A stretch of 53,219 bases of DNA from Acutalibacteraceae bacterium (GTDB lineage: Bacteria > Bacillota > Clostridia > Oscillospirales > Acutalibacteraceae): assembly GCA_045590915.1 (NCBI GenBank), contig JAZNRX010000227.1:1-53219 (forward strand), in the 5' to 3' direction. Under the pieces are notes generated by a model. That model made no database searches. It was not told where the DNA came from and worked only from the letters and a program-made list of their open reading frames with translations. Position 1 is the stretch's first letter; the number at the start of each line of letters is the position of its first letter. Below are positions 1 to 9,070 of the stretch, piece by piece. Made by a program: the position numbers and the translations under genes.

Positions 1-1
1 A

Positions 2-451
2 GAAATTTCCAACACCATCACTTTTGCAGAAAGCCTCGGTGCAAGTCTTGTTGTTATGAACATTTTAATTCCGTTACCCAATTCCGAAATCTATAATTAT
101 GCCAAACAAAAAGGTTTATTCTGTTTTCCTGATACAATCGAAAAATTAGCCTTTGAGGTTGAACAGAATGTGACAGATAATGTACTTGTCAATCTGTCTG
201 CCGTTCCTGACAGAGATTTAAAGGTTATACATTATTTCTATCAATGGAAAGCATTTTCCGGCAAGGGCTCTGTAAACAATGACTCATACGGTATAATAAA
301 AAAAGCTGCAAGCGATGCCATCAACAGAATATTCAAACACGGCATTAAGGGTTTTATATACGGCACGTATTCCTCAGTCAAACAATTCAGCAGAGTATAC
401 CTATACTCTCACGCTTTCAAAAAAACACTGAAAAAATATAATCTGAAATAA
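2..451 (+). CDS. 3' part of a larger gene whose start lies left of the window; the tail resembles the C-terminal region of B12-binding/radical-SAM-type enzymes, but the function is not secure
   Basis: The frame of ORF 56..451 stays open back to base 2 (EISNTITFAESLGASLVVMNILIPLPNSEIY...). Stop is at 449-451 and a G/C hairpin follows. Confidence 0.45.
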   Translation, partial: EISNTITFAESLGASLVVMNILIPLPNSEIYNYAKQKGLFCFPDTIEKLAFEVEQNVTDNVLVNLSAVPDRDLKVIHYFYQWKAFSGKGSVNNDSYGIIKKAASDAINRIFKHGIKGFIYGTYSSVKQFSRVYLYSHAFKKTLKKYNLK

Positions 452-498
452 TCTGTCCCTCACATTTGAATTATGACCGAAACTCCGTACAAAACACG

Positions 499-540
499 CC
501 CCCCCCGACTCACCAAAGGTAAATCGGGGGGGATTTTTAT
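499..540. terminator. Hairpin terminator between convergent genes
   Basis: CCCCCCCGA (500-508) pairs with TCGGGGGGG (524-532). ATTTTTAT follows on the + strand. Confidence 0.7.
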
Positions 541-1691
541 CAGAATAATTCAATTATCCAGCCAACAAAGAAGTAGACTATTTTCATAAGTGTTGTGAGA
601 AGTGCGGGGGAGAAAAGGTCTACGAAAACGAAGGATATGTTTTCACCGGTAACTTCATTGTAGGTGAGAATTCTTGTTTCGTAGTTTGTTACATCGTTCT
701 CATTGAACTCAAAAACTCTGACGCTTCTGTCACCGCCGTTGCCGTATACGTTGAAGCCTGTACCGCCGTTATAGCCCATAACAATTCCGTCATCTGTTGT
801 GCCCACATAATCGTTTACATGGTCGTGTCCGAAGAAGGCACCCATAATATTGCCTGTTTCAAGCCATGACTCATACTGACCTGTGATATTATCAAAATCC
901 TCACTGCAGGGAGCCTCACCCAGATTTCCCTGAGCCTTATTTTCATCAAGCTTATACCACTTGTTGTCGCGGCGTGAGAAGATTGCTCCGTCCTCGTGCC
1001 ATTCGCATTCTCTGAAAAGATTATATATTTCCTTGGGAGGAATGTGCTGGAAAAGCATTGAAGGCACATTCTCACCGCCGTTTGCTGCCTTAAGCTCTGC
1101 ACTGACATTCTTATACCACTCATTCTGTCCTTCAACAACACCTGAATATCCGCCTGTTTCAGCCTTGTTGTGAGTGTTCATCATAAATACACTCATAGCA
1201 ATGCTTTCTCCGTCAGAGGAATAAACGGGAGCATTAACGGTAAATTCATCCCAGCCGTCAGTTCCGTTGAGACAATTATCATATGAGGAATAAACCGCGA
1301 ACTGCTCTGCCTTTGAAATGGTATCAAGATGGTCGTGGTCGTGATTTCCGAGAGTTACAAGGAAGGGAATATTTCTCTCCTTTAAGGGCTCAATAATATT
1401 CTGAATAGCAAGAGTCATATCCTCTTTAGTTCCGAAGGGATAAGAGTCTGCCAGCTGGTCGCCGACAAAAACAACAAGGTCGGGCTGCTCCTTATCAAGA
1501 GCCGCTTCAATAAATTCTATTGTTCTTTTATTGACACCCTCGCCCACATCCTGACTGTCATTTATCTGTAAAATCTTGAATGTACCGTCATCATTGAATT
1601 TAAGAACCTTTTCATCCTCTGCGGCAGTGCCGACAAACACAAAGGTGAAAGCAAGCGTGAAAGCAAGCACTATACTGATGATTTTTTTCAT
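540..1691 (-). CDS. Secreted calcineurin-like metallophosphoesterase
   Basis: N-terminal signal peptide (MKKIISIVLAFTLAFTFVFVGTAA). Motifs VFVGDQL, GNHDHDH and GHDHVND are present. SD GGAGGT lies upstream of the ATG at 1691. Confidence 0.8.
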   Translation of the reverse strand: MKKIISIVLAFTLAFTFVFVGTAAEDEKVLKFNDDGTFKILQINDSQDVGEGVNKRTIEFIEAALDKEQPDLVVFVGDQLADSYPFGTKEDMTLAIQNIIEPLKERNIPFLVTLGNHDHDHLDTISKAEQFAVYSSYDNCLNGTDGWDEFTVNAPVYSSDGESIAMSVFMMNTHNKAETGGYSGVVEGQNEWYKNVSAELKAANGGENVPSMLFQHIPPKEIYNLFRECEWHEDGAIFSRRDNKWYKLDENKAQGNLGEAPCSEDFDNITGQYESWLETGNIMGAFFGHDHVNDYVGTTDDGIVMGYNGGTGFNVYGNGGDRSVRVFEFNENDVTNYETRILTYNEVTGENISFVFVDLFSPALLTTLMKIVYFFVGWIIELF

Positions 1692-1709
1692 TTTATGTAC
1701 CTCCGAAAA

Positions 1710-2198
1710 TTATTTTATACCGAACTGCTTAAGACCGGACCATTTAACACCCCAGTTATTTGCCCAGCTCTCGCAGTAAAGCTTATAATAGGAAACATTG
1801 TTCTTCTTTCTGTAATCAGCGAAGAAATTACACCATATTGCAGAAGGAAGAGCCACAACAATCCAATATAAAGGCCCTAAAAGAAGACATTGAATTGTGT
1901 GTCCGTATTCGTGGATTTTTGTGTTATTTGTCCAAAGCTCAGCCTTGCCGTCAGCTATGAATATAAAGAGACCCAAAGAAAGACCGCCCCAGTTTCCCGG
2001 AATATAGGTTATAAAGGAATTCATAAATTTCTCTGTGCGGTATTTTTTTCTCAGAATAAGATAGATTATTCCGCTTATTGCATTCACGGGAAGTCCCCAT
2101 GTAAACTGCACCAGATAGAAAAGAACTCTCTCAAAGCCCTTTGTTGCTATGGATTTATCCTTGACATTTTTAATTCTTGCTCTAACCATATTCATCAC
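1710..2198 (-). CDS. Small integral membrane protein with an HExxH motif (HEYGH); possible membrane metalloprotease-like protein
   Basis: 162-aa ORF with several hydrophobic segments and the motif KIHEYGHTIQ. SD GGAGGAG lies upstream. Confidence 0.5.
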   Translation of the reverse strand: MMNMVRARIKNVKDKSIATKGFERVLFYLVQFTWGLPVNAISGIIYLILRKKYRTEKFMNSFITYIPGNWGGLSLGLFIFIADGKAELWTNNTKIHEYGHTIQCLLLGPLYWIVVALPSAIWCNFFADYRKKNNVSYYKLYCESWANNWGVKWSGLKQFGIK

Positions 2199-2286
2199 TC
2201 CTCCGTCTTTTCAGTATACAAAAAAAATCATATTTTGGCAATAGAAAAATAAAATTCACCAATATCACAAAGATACAAAAAATATA

Positions 2287-2315
2287 TTGATTTTTTGGTT
2301 AAAATAATTTAGAAT
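2287..2315 (+). promoter_or_regulatory. Candidate sigma-A promoter for ccdA-tlpA
   Basis: TTGATT (2287-2292), 17 nt spacer, TAGAAT (2310-2315), about 40 nt upstream of ccdA. Confidence 0.45.
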
Positions 2316-2355
2316 AGTCTTAAATTAAAATCATTCTAAAAAATTGAGGTTATAT

Positions 2356-3018
2356 ATGCAATATCTTGTCTCCTTTATTGAGGGAATTGTCACATTTATT
2401 TCCCCCTGTCTTCTTCCTATGCTTCCCGTTTATCTCACATATTTCGCTGGGGGCGGGGAAAGAAGCACAAAAAAGACTCTTATCGGTGCCGCAGGTTTTG
2501 TTCTCGGCTTCACCGCAGTATTTACAGCACTCGGTGCATTGGCGGGAACACTGGGAAGTCTTCTCAGACAATATGAAACCGCTGTCAACATCATTCTCGG
2601 ACTTATTGTAATTGTCTTCGGTCTGAATTACATCGGAGTTTTCAGACTGAAAATATTCAGAGGCGGCGGTAAAGCCGTAAAAAATACCGAAATGGGATTT
2701 TTCTCCGCCTTCCTTTTCGGTGTGGTGTTTTCTGTGGGCTGGACACCCTGCGTGGGAGCATTTTTAGGCTCCGCACTGGCAATGGCGTCAAGCGAGGGCG
2801 ACACAATGAAAGGCATCATAATGCTTCTTCTGTATTCGCTGGGACTTGGTGTTCCCTTTCTTTTAAGTGCCGTTCTCATAGATAAGCTCAAGGGTGCCTT
2901 CACTTTCATCAAGAAAAACTATAAGATAATCAACACCGTCTGCGGAGTTTTCCTCATAATTGTGGGAGTTCTTATGATGACGGGACTTCTCAATAAATTT
3001 CTTACAATACTGAGCTAA
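2356..3018 (+). CDS. ccdA: Cytochrome c biogenesis / thiol-disulfide electron transporter, CcdA (DsbD) family
   Basis: Multi-TM protein with the two conserved Cys motifs FISPCLLPMLPVY and GWTPCVGAFLG. The ATG at 2356 has GAGG 6 nt upstream; the ORF track begins at TTG 2344. Confidence 0.85.
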   Translation: MQYLVSFIEGIVTFISPCLLPMLPVYLTYFAGGGERSTKKTLIGAAGFVLGFTAVFTALGALAGTLGSLLRQYETAVNIILGLIVIVFGLNYIGVFRLKIFRGGGKAVKNTEMGFFSAFLFGVVFSVGWTPCVGAFLGSALAMASSEGDTMKGIIMLLLYSLGLGVPFLLSAVLIDKLKGAFTFIKKNYKIINTVCGVFLIIVGVLMMTGLLNKFLTILS

Positions 3019-3028
3019 GGAGCAGAAT

Positions 3029-3580
3029 ATGAAAAACAAATCTCTTATAATCATAAGTGCTGTTTTTGTGCTGATTTTAGGCGTTGCACTTCTTCTCTAC
3101 CCCAAGCTTTCCGAAAAAGCAGCCGAAGCCGAAGCCACAACAAAGGAGAACACAAGCATCTCCGATACCGTACAGTATCAGAAATATAAGGACATAAGAA
3201 TTTTTGACAGGAACGGTAATGAAGTTCTGCTTTCCGATTTTGAGGGAAAGCCCGTAATTCTCAACTTCTGGGCAACCTGGTGCGGCTATTGCATACAGGA
3301 AATGCCCGACTTCGAGGATGCATATAAAAAATACGGAAATGAAATTGAATTTCTTATGATAAACACCGACGACGGCATAGAAAAGGGAGAGAGCTTCATA
3401 GCCGACAAGGGCTATTCCTTCCCAACCTGCTATGACCTTGAATACAACGCCGCCATAACCTACGGCGTTTCGGGAATTCCCCGCACCATAGCAATAGACA
3501 AGGACGGAAATATCCGATACAACCGTTCGGGAATGCTCACCGCCGAAGGACTCCAAAGCATTATTGAAATGATAAAATAA
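3029..3580 (+). CDS. Membrane-anchored thioredoxin-fold thiol:disulfide oxidoreductase (TlpA/ResA-like)
   Basis: N-terminal TM anchor and the CxxC motif in WATWCGYC. It lies directly downstream of ccdA, with SD AAGGAG. Confidence 0.85.
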   Translation: MKNKSLIIISAVFVLILGVALLLYPKLSEKAAEAEATTKENTSISDTVQYQKYKDIRIFDRNGNEVLLSDFEGKPVILNFWATWCGYCIQEMPDFEDAYKKYGNEIEFLMINTDDGIEKGESFIADKGYSFPTCYDLEYNAAITYGVSGIPRTIAIDKDGNIRYNRSGMLTAEGLQSIIEMIK

Positions 3581-3600
3581 GAAAAAAACAAGAAAAGAAT

Positions 3601-3633
3601 CAGGTCATACCGCTCAAATAACGGTATGACCTG
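3601..3633. terminator. Bidirectional hairpin terminator
   Basis: CAGGTCATACCG / CGGTATGACCTG form a 12-bp perfect stem between convergent genes. Confidence 0.75.
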
Positions 3634-3638
3634 TGTTG

Positions 3639-5387
3639 TTATATAGAATTAAACCAGACTTCCGAGCTTTCCAAGCCCACAGAACCTCGTAGAATAAGTC
3701 TTGCATCAGCAGCAGTAAGCTTTTGTTCGCCGCTGTCCTTTTGAATATTTCCTGCCTCAATAAACCACCCCGCAGAATTTTTTTCAAGCCCGACGCTTGC
3801 ACGCAGAGTAAGTCTTGCATCAGCGGCGGAAACAACTCCGTTCGAGTCAAGGTCGCCCTTTACAACAACGGTATATTCTGTTCCGTCAGGAAGAGAAACT
3901 GTCATACCGCTTCCAAGCTTTTTATCCGCCTCCACAGGTTTTCCGTTCACATCAGTAATTTTTGCTTCGGGAATTGCCTGCAGAAGCTGACCTGTTAAAA
4001 CGCCGGCCTTTGAAGCAAAGCTTTCTTCGCCAATTACCTTGATATCTGCAACAGAACTAAGAATATTATCGGAGTAATCAAATTCGCGTTTCTCTGCTGC
4101 TATATATATTTCTATGAAGCCGCCGCAATAATTTCCCGGATCATCATAAGAATCTCTTGAGCATACCAGTATTGATGCATAGCCTTCAGAAAGTGCCGTG
4201 ATTTCTCCCGTGGATGAAACAGTGGCAATTTCAGGATAAAGGCTCTCATAAGTGACAACTCTGCCGTTTGCAATTTCACTTTCTATCCACAGAGGCACGG
4301 GGGTGTCTATCTTTTCACCGAGAATAAATGTGGGGGCACCCCATGTGAGTGTATATTCATCCGCATCCCCTGAAAGCTTCAGAGGTGATGAGCCAAAGGG
4401 AAGAAAATACTTTTCACCGTTATATTCCTTTACGGTACACCCTGCAATTATGCCGTTTTGCTTTGTATAATAGCCTAAATTCTCCCCATAGTTTATCCAT
4501 CCGCCTGAATAACATTCATCATTTATCATACTGAATTTTCTTTCAGGATCTTCAATATGATAAAATCCGTCTCCACCGCCGTTGCCGCTGTCGTATCTGT
4601 TCTTTGTATAGTACGGAACACTGCCGTTAAGGTTAGAACCGCCCTCTGCGGCATTCCCCCAATATTCTGAAGCAGGAATACCGTTTTTATAGTGCATAAA
4701 TCTGCCGTCGATGTAAAAAATACTGTCACCGTAATAAACATATTCGCAGTTCATTCCCTCATAATAAGGTGAAACACCTTCCATAAAATCGGTGAAATAC
4801 CAACGGGAGATAAATTCTCTGTCTGTGGTTCCGAACACATCGAAAAGAGGATCAAAAAGATTCCATGTACCGTTATAATACACCATAACCCAGCCGTGAT
4901 TAATCTCGCGGTTTTCAAGCTTTATAAAATCTTTCATATCCCCTCTTGTACCTGCACAGTAAACCGCAGGAACACCCGCAAGACGAAGCACCTGCGAAAT
5001 AAAAAGTCCTATTCCCAGACAATTACCCGTACGGTTTGCAAATACATCTATGGGGAAATAATATGTCGATTCAGAATATGACTTATACCTGATATTTCTG
5101 TCTGCCCAGCAAACAACCGCATCTGTCTTTTCTTTATCGGTCTTACAGTTTTTTGTAAGCATATCAGCAAGCTTCTGCAAAGCTGCCTTATCGGAAGCTG
5201 TTCCGAAAGAAAAATCAAGTCCAAGCTCGGGAAATTTTTCAATATATATTTCATCAAGATATGAATAGGCAGCATCGGTAATTTTCGGCGTCATTGATAT
5301 GGCGGGAGTTTCAGCCGCCACAGCCGACAGCGGAAAAGCCGTAATAATCAAAAGAATTACCAACATCAAAGACAATGCTTTTTTCAT
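3639..5387 (-). CDS. Secreted transglutaminase-like cysteine protease-fold protein with a C-terminal dockerin-type double repeat
   Basis: Signal peptide is present. The Cys/His/Asp core is NRTGNCLG ... HGWVMVYY ... LFDP. C-terminal repeats are DLDSNGVVSAADARLTLRASVGLE and KLTAADARLILRGSVGLE. The start is ambiguous (TTG 5405, ATG 5396 or 5387); 5387 has AAAGGA upstream. Confidence 0.75.
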   Translation of the reverse strand: MKKALSLMLVILLIITAFPLSAVAAETPAISMTPKITDAAYSYLDEIYIEKFPELGLDFSFGTASDKAALQKLADMLTKNCKTDKEKTDAVVCWADRNIRYKSYSESTYYFPIDVFANRTGNCLGIGLFISQVLRLAGVPAVYCAGTRGDMKDFIKLENREINHGWVMVYYNGTWNLFDPLFDVFGTTDREFISRWYFTDFMEGVSPYYEGMNCEYVYYGDSIFYIDGRFMHYKNGIPASEYWGNAAEGGSNLNGSVPYYTKNRYDSGNGGGDGFYHIEDPERKFSMINDECYSGGWINYGENLGYYTKQNGIIAGCTVKEYNGEKYFLPFGSSPLKLSGDADEYTLTWGAPTFILGEKIDTPVPLWIESEIANGRVVTYESLYPEIATVSSTGEITALSEGYASILVCSRDSYDDPGNYCGGFIEIYIAAEKREFDYSDNILSSVADIKVIGEESFASKAGVLTGQLLQAIPEAKITDVNGKPVEADKKLGSGMTVSLPDGTEYTVVVKGDLDSNGVVSAADARLTLRASVGLEKNSAGWFIEAGNIQKDSGEQKLTAADARLILRGSVGLESSEVWFNSI

Positions 5388-5403
5388 TTTATTCATCCTT
5401 TTC

Positions 5404-5440
5404 AAAAAATCTCTGCAACCGTAAGAGGTGCAGAGACTTT
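5404..5440 (-). terminator. thrS intrinsic terminator
   Basis: TCTCTGCA (5410-5417) pairs with TGCAGAGA (5429-5436). A T-run follows on the minus strand (A-run 5404-5409 on +). Confidence 0.75.
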
Positions 5441-5447
5441 AATTTAT

Positions 5448-7391
5448 TTACCAGATTACTCTCGTTTCGATTTCTTCGGAAATCAGCTTAATGAAGTCGG
5501 AAACGCTCTGAACACCCTGATCGCCGTGACCGCGTTTTCTTACGGAAACGGTGAAATCCTCAGCTTCCTTGTCACCGATAACAAGCATATAGGGGATTTT
5601 TTCAAGCTGTGCTTCTCTGAGCTTATAGCCCAGCTTTTCACTTCTTGTATCAACATCAACCTTTACAATGCCTGCTTCCTCAAGTGCTTTTTTAACGGCA
5701 TATGCGGCATCTTGATGACGGTCTGCAATGGGAAGAATACGTACCTTTTCGGGAGCAAGCCATACGGGGAAGGCACCTGCATACTTTTCAATAAGAAGAG
5801 CAAGTGTTCTTTCGTAGCATCCGATTGACGTACGGTGAATGATGTAAGGATTCTTCTTTGTGCCGTCGGGGGCAACATATTCCATACCGAATTTTTCAGC
5901 AAGCATCTGGTCAATCTGGATTGTGATAAGAGTATCCTCCTTGCCGTGAACATTCTTGATCTGAATGTCAAGCTTGGGGCCGTAGAAGGCGGCTGCACCG
6001 ATACCGATTTTGTAGTTGATGCCGAGGTTATCAAGGATTTCAGCCATAATTCCCTGTGCCTCATCCCACTGCTCCACTGTTCCGATATACTTATCCTTGT
6101 CATCGGGATCCCACTGTGAGAAACGGTAGGAAACATCCTCATAAAGACCTAAGGTTTTAAGCATAAAGGTTGTCAGCTCAAGACAGCTCTTGAATTCGTC
6201 ACTGAGCTGTTCGGGAGTGCACATAAGATGGCCTTCTGAAATTGTGAACTGACGCACACGGATAAGGCCGTGCATTTCACCGGAAGCCTCATTTCTGAAA
6301 AGCGTTGAGGTTTCGGCAAGTCTCATGGGAAGATCCCTGTATGAGCGTGCACGGTTTAAGTATGCTTGATACTGGAAGGGACAGGTCATGGGACGAAGGG
6401 CAAACACCTCATCATCCTTTTCCTCATCACCCATAACAAACATACCGTCCTTGTAGTGATCCCAGTGTCCCGAAATCTTATAAAGATCACTCTTTGCCAT
6501 AAGAGGAGTCTTGGTTCTCACCCAGCCTCTGCTTCTTTCCTCATCCTCAACAAAACGCTGAAGTGTCTGGATTATATCACAGCCCTTGGGAAGAAGAATG
6601 GGAAGTCCCTGACCAATGGTGTCAACAGTTGTGAATATTTCAAGCTCACGGCCAAGCTTATTGTGATCTCTTCTTTTTGCTTCCTCAAGTGCTTCAAGAT
6701 ATGCGTCAAGGTCTGCCTGCTTTGTGAAAGCAGTACCGTAAATTCTCTGAAGCATCTTGTTCTTTTCGTCGCCTCTCCAATATGCACCTGTGCAGGAGGT
6801 AAGCTTGAATGCCTTAACTCTTGAGGTATCGGGAAGATGTGGGCCGGCACAAAGCTCTGTGAATTCACCCTGCTTATAGAAGCTGATATTCTCGCCCTTG
6901 TCAGCGTGTTCCCTGATAAGCTCAACCTTATAGATTTCTCCCTGCTCCTCATAGAATTTAACAGCTTCATCGGGTGTCATTTCAAACTGAGTAAGCTCAA
7001 GTCCCTCTTTGACAATCTTCTTCATTTCAGCTTCAATTTTTTCAAGCTCCTCGGGAGAAAATGCCTTGGGAACATCAAAATCATAATAGAAGCCCTTATC
7101 TATTGCGGGACCGATAGCAAGCTTTGCTTCGGGATAAAGTCTTTTTACTGCCTGTGCGAGAATGTGGGAAGCGGTGTGGCGGAATGCCTTTTTACCGTCC
7201 TCATCATCAAATGTGAGAAATTCCACTTCGCAGTCTTTCTCAATCTTTGTGCGAAGGTCACAGAGGCTACCGTCAATTTTACATACGCATACTGCCTTAT
7301 AAAGACCTGCACCTATGGATTTTGCAATTTCAGCAGCAGAAATTCCGCTTTCAAACTGCTTTACATCATCTCTTAATTTTACGTTTACCAT
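5448..7391 (-). CDS. thrS: Threonine--tRNA ligase
   Basis: About 647 aa with an N-terminal TGS-like region, class II motifs (FRNEASGEMHGLIRVRQFT, AAFYGPKLD) and an anticodon-binding C-terminus. A T-box leader lies upstream. The ATG at 7391 is preferred over the GTG at 7400. Confidence 0.95.
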   Translation of the reverse strand: MVNVKLRDDVKQFESGISAAEIAKSIGAGLYKAVCVCKIDGSLCDLRTKIEKDCEVEFLTFDDEDGKKAFRHTASHILAQAVKRLYPEAKLAIGPAIDKGFYYDFDVPKAFSPEELEKIEAEMKKIVKEGLELTQFEMTPDEAVKFYEEQGEIYKVELIREHADKGENISFYKQGEFTELCAGPHLPDTSRVKAFKLTSCTGAYWRGDEKNKMLQRIYGTAFTKQADLDAYLEALEEAKRRDHNKLGRELEIFTTVDTIGQGLPILLPKGCDIIQTLQRFVEDEERSRGWVRTKTPLMAKSDLYKISGHWDHYKDGMFVMGDEEKDDEVFALRPMTCPFQYQAYLNRARSYRDLPMRLAETSTLFRNEASGEMHGLIRVRQFTISEGHLMCTPEQLSDEFKSCLELTTFMLKTLGLYEDVSYRFSQWDPDDKDKYIGTVEQWDEAQGIMAEILDNLGINYKIGIGAAAFYGPKLDIQIKNVHGKEDTLITIQIDQMLAEKFGMEYVAPDGTKKNPYIIHRTSIGCYERTLALLIEKYAGAFPVWLAPEKVRILPIADRHQDAAYAVKKALEEAGIVKVDVDTRSEKLGYKLREAQLEKIPYMLVIGDKEAEDFTVSVRKRGHGDQGVQSVSDFIKLISEEIETRVIW

Positions 7392-7411
7392 AAAAACCAC
7401 CCTTTATATGA

Positions 7412-7612
7412 GGTCGGAGTTCGGAAGTCGGAAGTAGGAGACCGAAAAACTGAACTTACCGCCATATTTTAACAAACAAAGCAAAACGAAGTTTTGCAAA
7501 ACAAGCCGTTTACGGCTTCCTTAACATTTGACAAAGTCAAATATATCACTCGTTTCAAAAAAAACGAATAACACTGCCCGCAAGGGCAATATCACTTGCA
7601 CCGACGGTGCAA
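7412..7612 (-). repeat. Composite intergenic repeat, copy A (degenerate heptad block plus six-hairpin array), reverse orientation
   Basis: Heptads are TCGGAGT TCGGAAG TCGGAAG TAGGAGA (7414-7441). Hairpins lie at 7481-7497, 7503-7518, 7527-7541, 7551-7566, 7575-7588 and 7596-7612. They are separated by TATATCACT / AATAACAC / ATATCAC, the reverse complement of GTGATAT. Confidence 0.75.
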
Positions 7613-7628
7613 ATAAAACTGTTTTTTT

Positions 7629-7873
7629 AAAAAAACAAAGAGCTTCATCCCGAAAAAACAGGATGAAGCTGATGCTCCACGGTTCCACCCGTATTGACAG
7701 ATTTACTGCCCTCTCGAAAGTCTTTAACGGGACTTATGCGGCTGACCTTATTTCAGTCGGCACTCGGGAGTGGTAGCCAATGAAAACCAACAAATAAACC
7801 GCTTTCAGCAAGCACGGTTCTCTCTGAAAAATGCCTGTTTTCAGCCTCTCCGTCAACACTTTATAATATTAAC
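7629..7873 (-). promoter_or_regulatory. T-box riboswitch leader (Thr) of thrS
   Basis: The minus strand reads AATACGGGTGGAACCGTGG (T-box sequence, + coordinates 7677-7695). Next comes the terminator AGCTTCATCC ... GGATGAAGCT (7641-7670) and a T-run. The candidate specifier is ACC, in GGCTACCACTCC (+ coordinates about 7772-7774). Confidence 0.8.
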
Positions 7874-7879
7874 AAATTC

Positions 7880-7907
7880 ATTATATACTTTTTCTGATAA
7901 AAGTCAA
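7880..7907 (-). promoter_or_regulatory. Sigma-A promoter of the thrS leader
   Basis: On the minus strand: TTGACT (7907..7902), 16 nt spacer, TATAAT (7885..7880). Confidence 0.65.
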
Positions 7908-7921
7908 GAGCTTCCCTGAAA

Positions 7922-8215
7922 TCACTGCGAAGCCTTATCAAGCCTGTAGTTTCTCACATACATTATGAGGTCAAGTCCCACCATAACGAAATTCAGACAA
8001 TAGAAAAACAGCACATACCATTTTTCCGAAAAGGAAGCCATATATGCCTCATTCATAAGCTTAGAGGCAATTCCCGCAATATATCCGAAGAATATCAGAA
8101 GAAGAAAGGGAAGACTTTTTCCCTTTGTTGTTCTTGCCTTATAGGACTTCATAACATTAAGAGGCCACGAAGCCCCGAAGGATACAATCATAAGTATTTC
8201 AAGAAATTCAGCCAT
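7922..8215 (-). CDS. Small three-TM membrane protein (PQ-loop/SemiSWEET-like guess)
   Basis: MAEFLEILMIVSFGASWPLNVMKSYKARTTKGKSLPF... with three hydrophobic helices. GGAG lies upstream of the ATG at 8215. Confidence 0.5.
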   Translation of the reverse strand: MAEFLEILMIVSFGASWPLNVMKSYKARTTKGKSLPFLLLIFFGYIAGIASKLMNEAYMASFSEKWYVLFFYCLNFVMVGLDLIMYVRNYRLDKASQ

Positions 8216-8269
8216 AAAATACACTCCGAAAAATAAATACAGAATTCACAAGGCTGCCGCCTTCACATA

Positions 8270-8827
8270 TCAGAAAACATTATGCTTTTCAACAGGAAAC
8301 GTCTGACAAACGAGATTTCTGAAATCCAGAAAATCCGCCTGTGTACGAATATTTACGTAGGGCAGAATAACCGCTCTTGCTTCTGAAAAATAGAAATAGA
8401 ACGCTGTGTTGGTTTCATAGCACACCATTACGCTGTCAAAGGAAAGCTTTTCCTCTGTTTTATCACCGAAATCCTTGATGAAACGCTTTTCGAAATCAAA
8501 GACAAGCAGACCTTCCTTGCTGTAAAGTGTATTTTCAACACTGTCCTTCTTTTTCAGACGGCGCTTCATAGTGAAAACAATAAAACGGTCACAGAAGAAA
8601 AACCACAGAACACAGAATACAGAAGAAAGAATAAGCTGTATAATAAGTAGGGTGAAATCCTTCTGATATAAAAATGTCAGAAGAGTAATCGGCAAAAGCA
8701 CAGCAGGAAAAATAAGTCGGTAATTTCTCATAGCCTTCTTTCCCGACGGTCTGTATCTTAAATAATGCTCATTAAATGCAAGATAGTCATCCGTGCTGAG
8801 CGTATAAGGAAAGCTCCATACAGGCAT
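8270..8827 (-). CDS. Hypothetical membrane protein (YcxB-like architecture: two TM helices plus a C-terminal soluble domain)
   Basis: The ATG at 8827 has SD GGAGGTG upstream. The longer ORF reaching 8899 has no SD. Confidence 0.5.
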   Translation of the reverse strand: MPVWSFPYTLSTDDYLAFNEHYLRYRPSGKKAMRNYRLIFPAVLLPITLLTFLYQKDFTLLIIQLILSSVFCVLWFFFCDRFIVFTMKRRLKKKDSVENTLYSKEGLLVFDFEKRFIKDFGDKTEEKLSFDSVMVCYETNTAFYFYFSEARAVILPYVNIRTQADFLDFRNLVCQTFPVEKHNVF

Positions 8828-8921
8828 AAAAACACCTCCGTCAAAAGATATCTGTATTTCAATAATAACACAACAGCCGATATATTTCAATATCGTCAAA
8901 ACGGGAATTTTTCATTAAAGG

Positions 8922-8950
8922 TTGACTTGAAGTGATAATTTTAGTAAAAT
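8922..8950 (+). promoter_or_regulatory. Promoter of tRNA-Arg
   Basis: TTGACT (8922-8927), 17 nt spacer, TAAAAT (8945-8950), 8 nt before the tRNA 5' end. Confidence 0.6.
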
Positions 8951-8958
8951 ACATTCAT

Positions 8959-9035
8959 CCGCCCGTGGCGCAGTTGGATAACGCAGCAGATTCCGATTCT
9001 GAAGACCGGGGGTTCAAATCCCTCCGGGCGGGCCA
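8959..9035 (+). tRNA. tRNA-Arg (anticodon CCG)
   Basis: Hand-folded cloverleaf. Acceptor stem is CCGCCCG/CGGGCGG. The anticodon loop is TTCCGAT, with T33 and A37 flanking CCG. T arm is GGGGG-TTCAAAT-CCCTC. The CCA end is encoded. Confidence 0.9.
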
Positions 9036-9040
9036 AAAAA

Positions 9041-9066
9041 TCCAAGTCGAAAGACTTGGATTTTTT
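9041..9066 (+). terminator. Intrinsic terminator after tRNA-Arg
   Basis: TCCAAGTC-gaaa-GACTTGGA followed by TTTTTT. Confidence 0.85.
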
Positions 9067-9070
9067 CATT

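Noticed and set aside
7528-7776. 82-aa ORF on the + strand
   Set aside because: It lies antisense across the thrS T-box leader and repeat copy A. It has no SD, its composition is low-complexity, and the RNA element explains the region.
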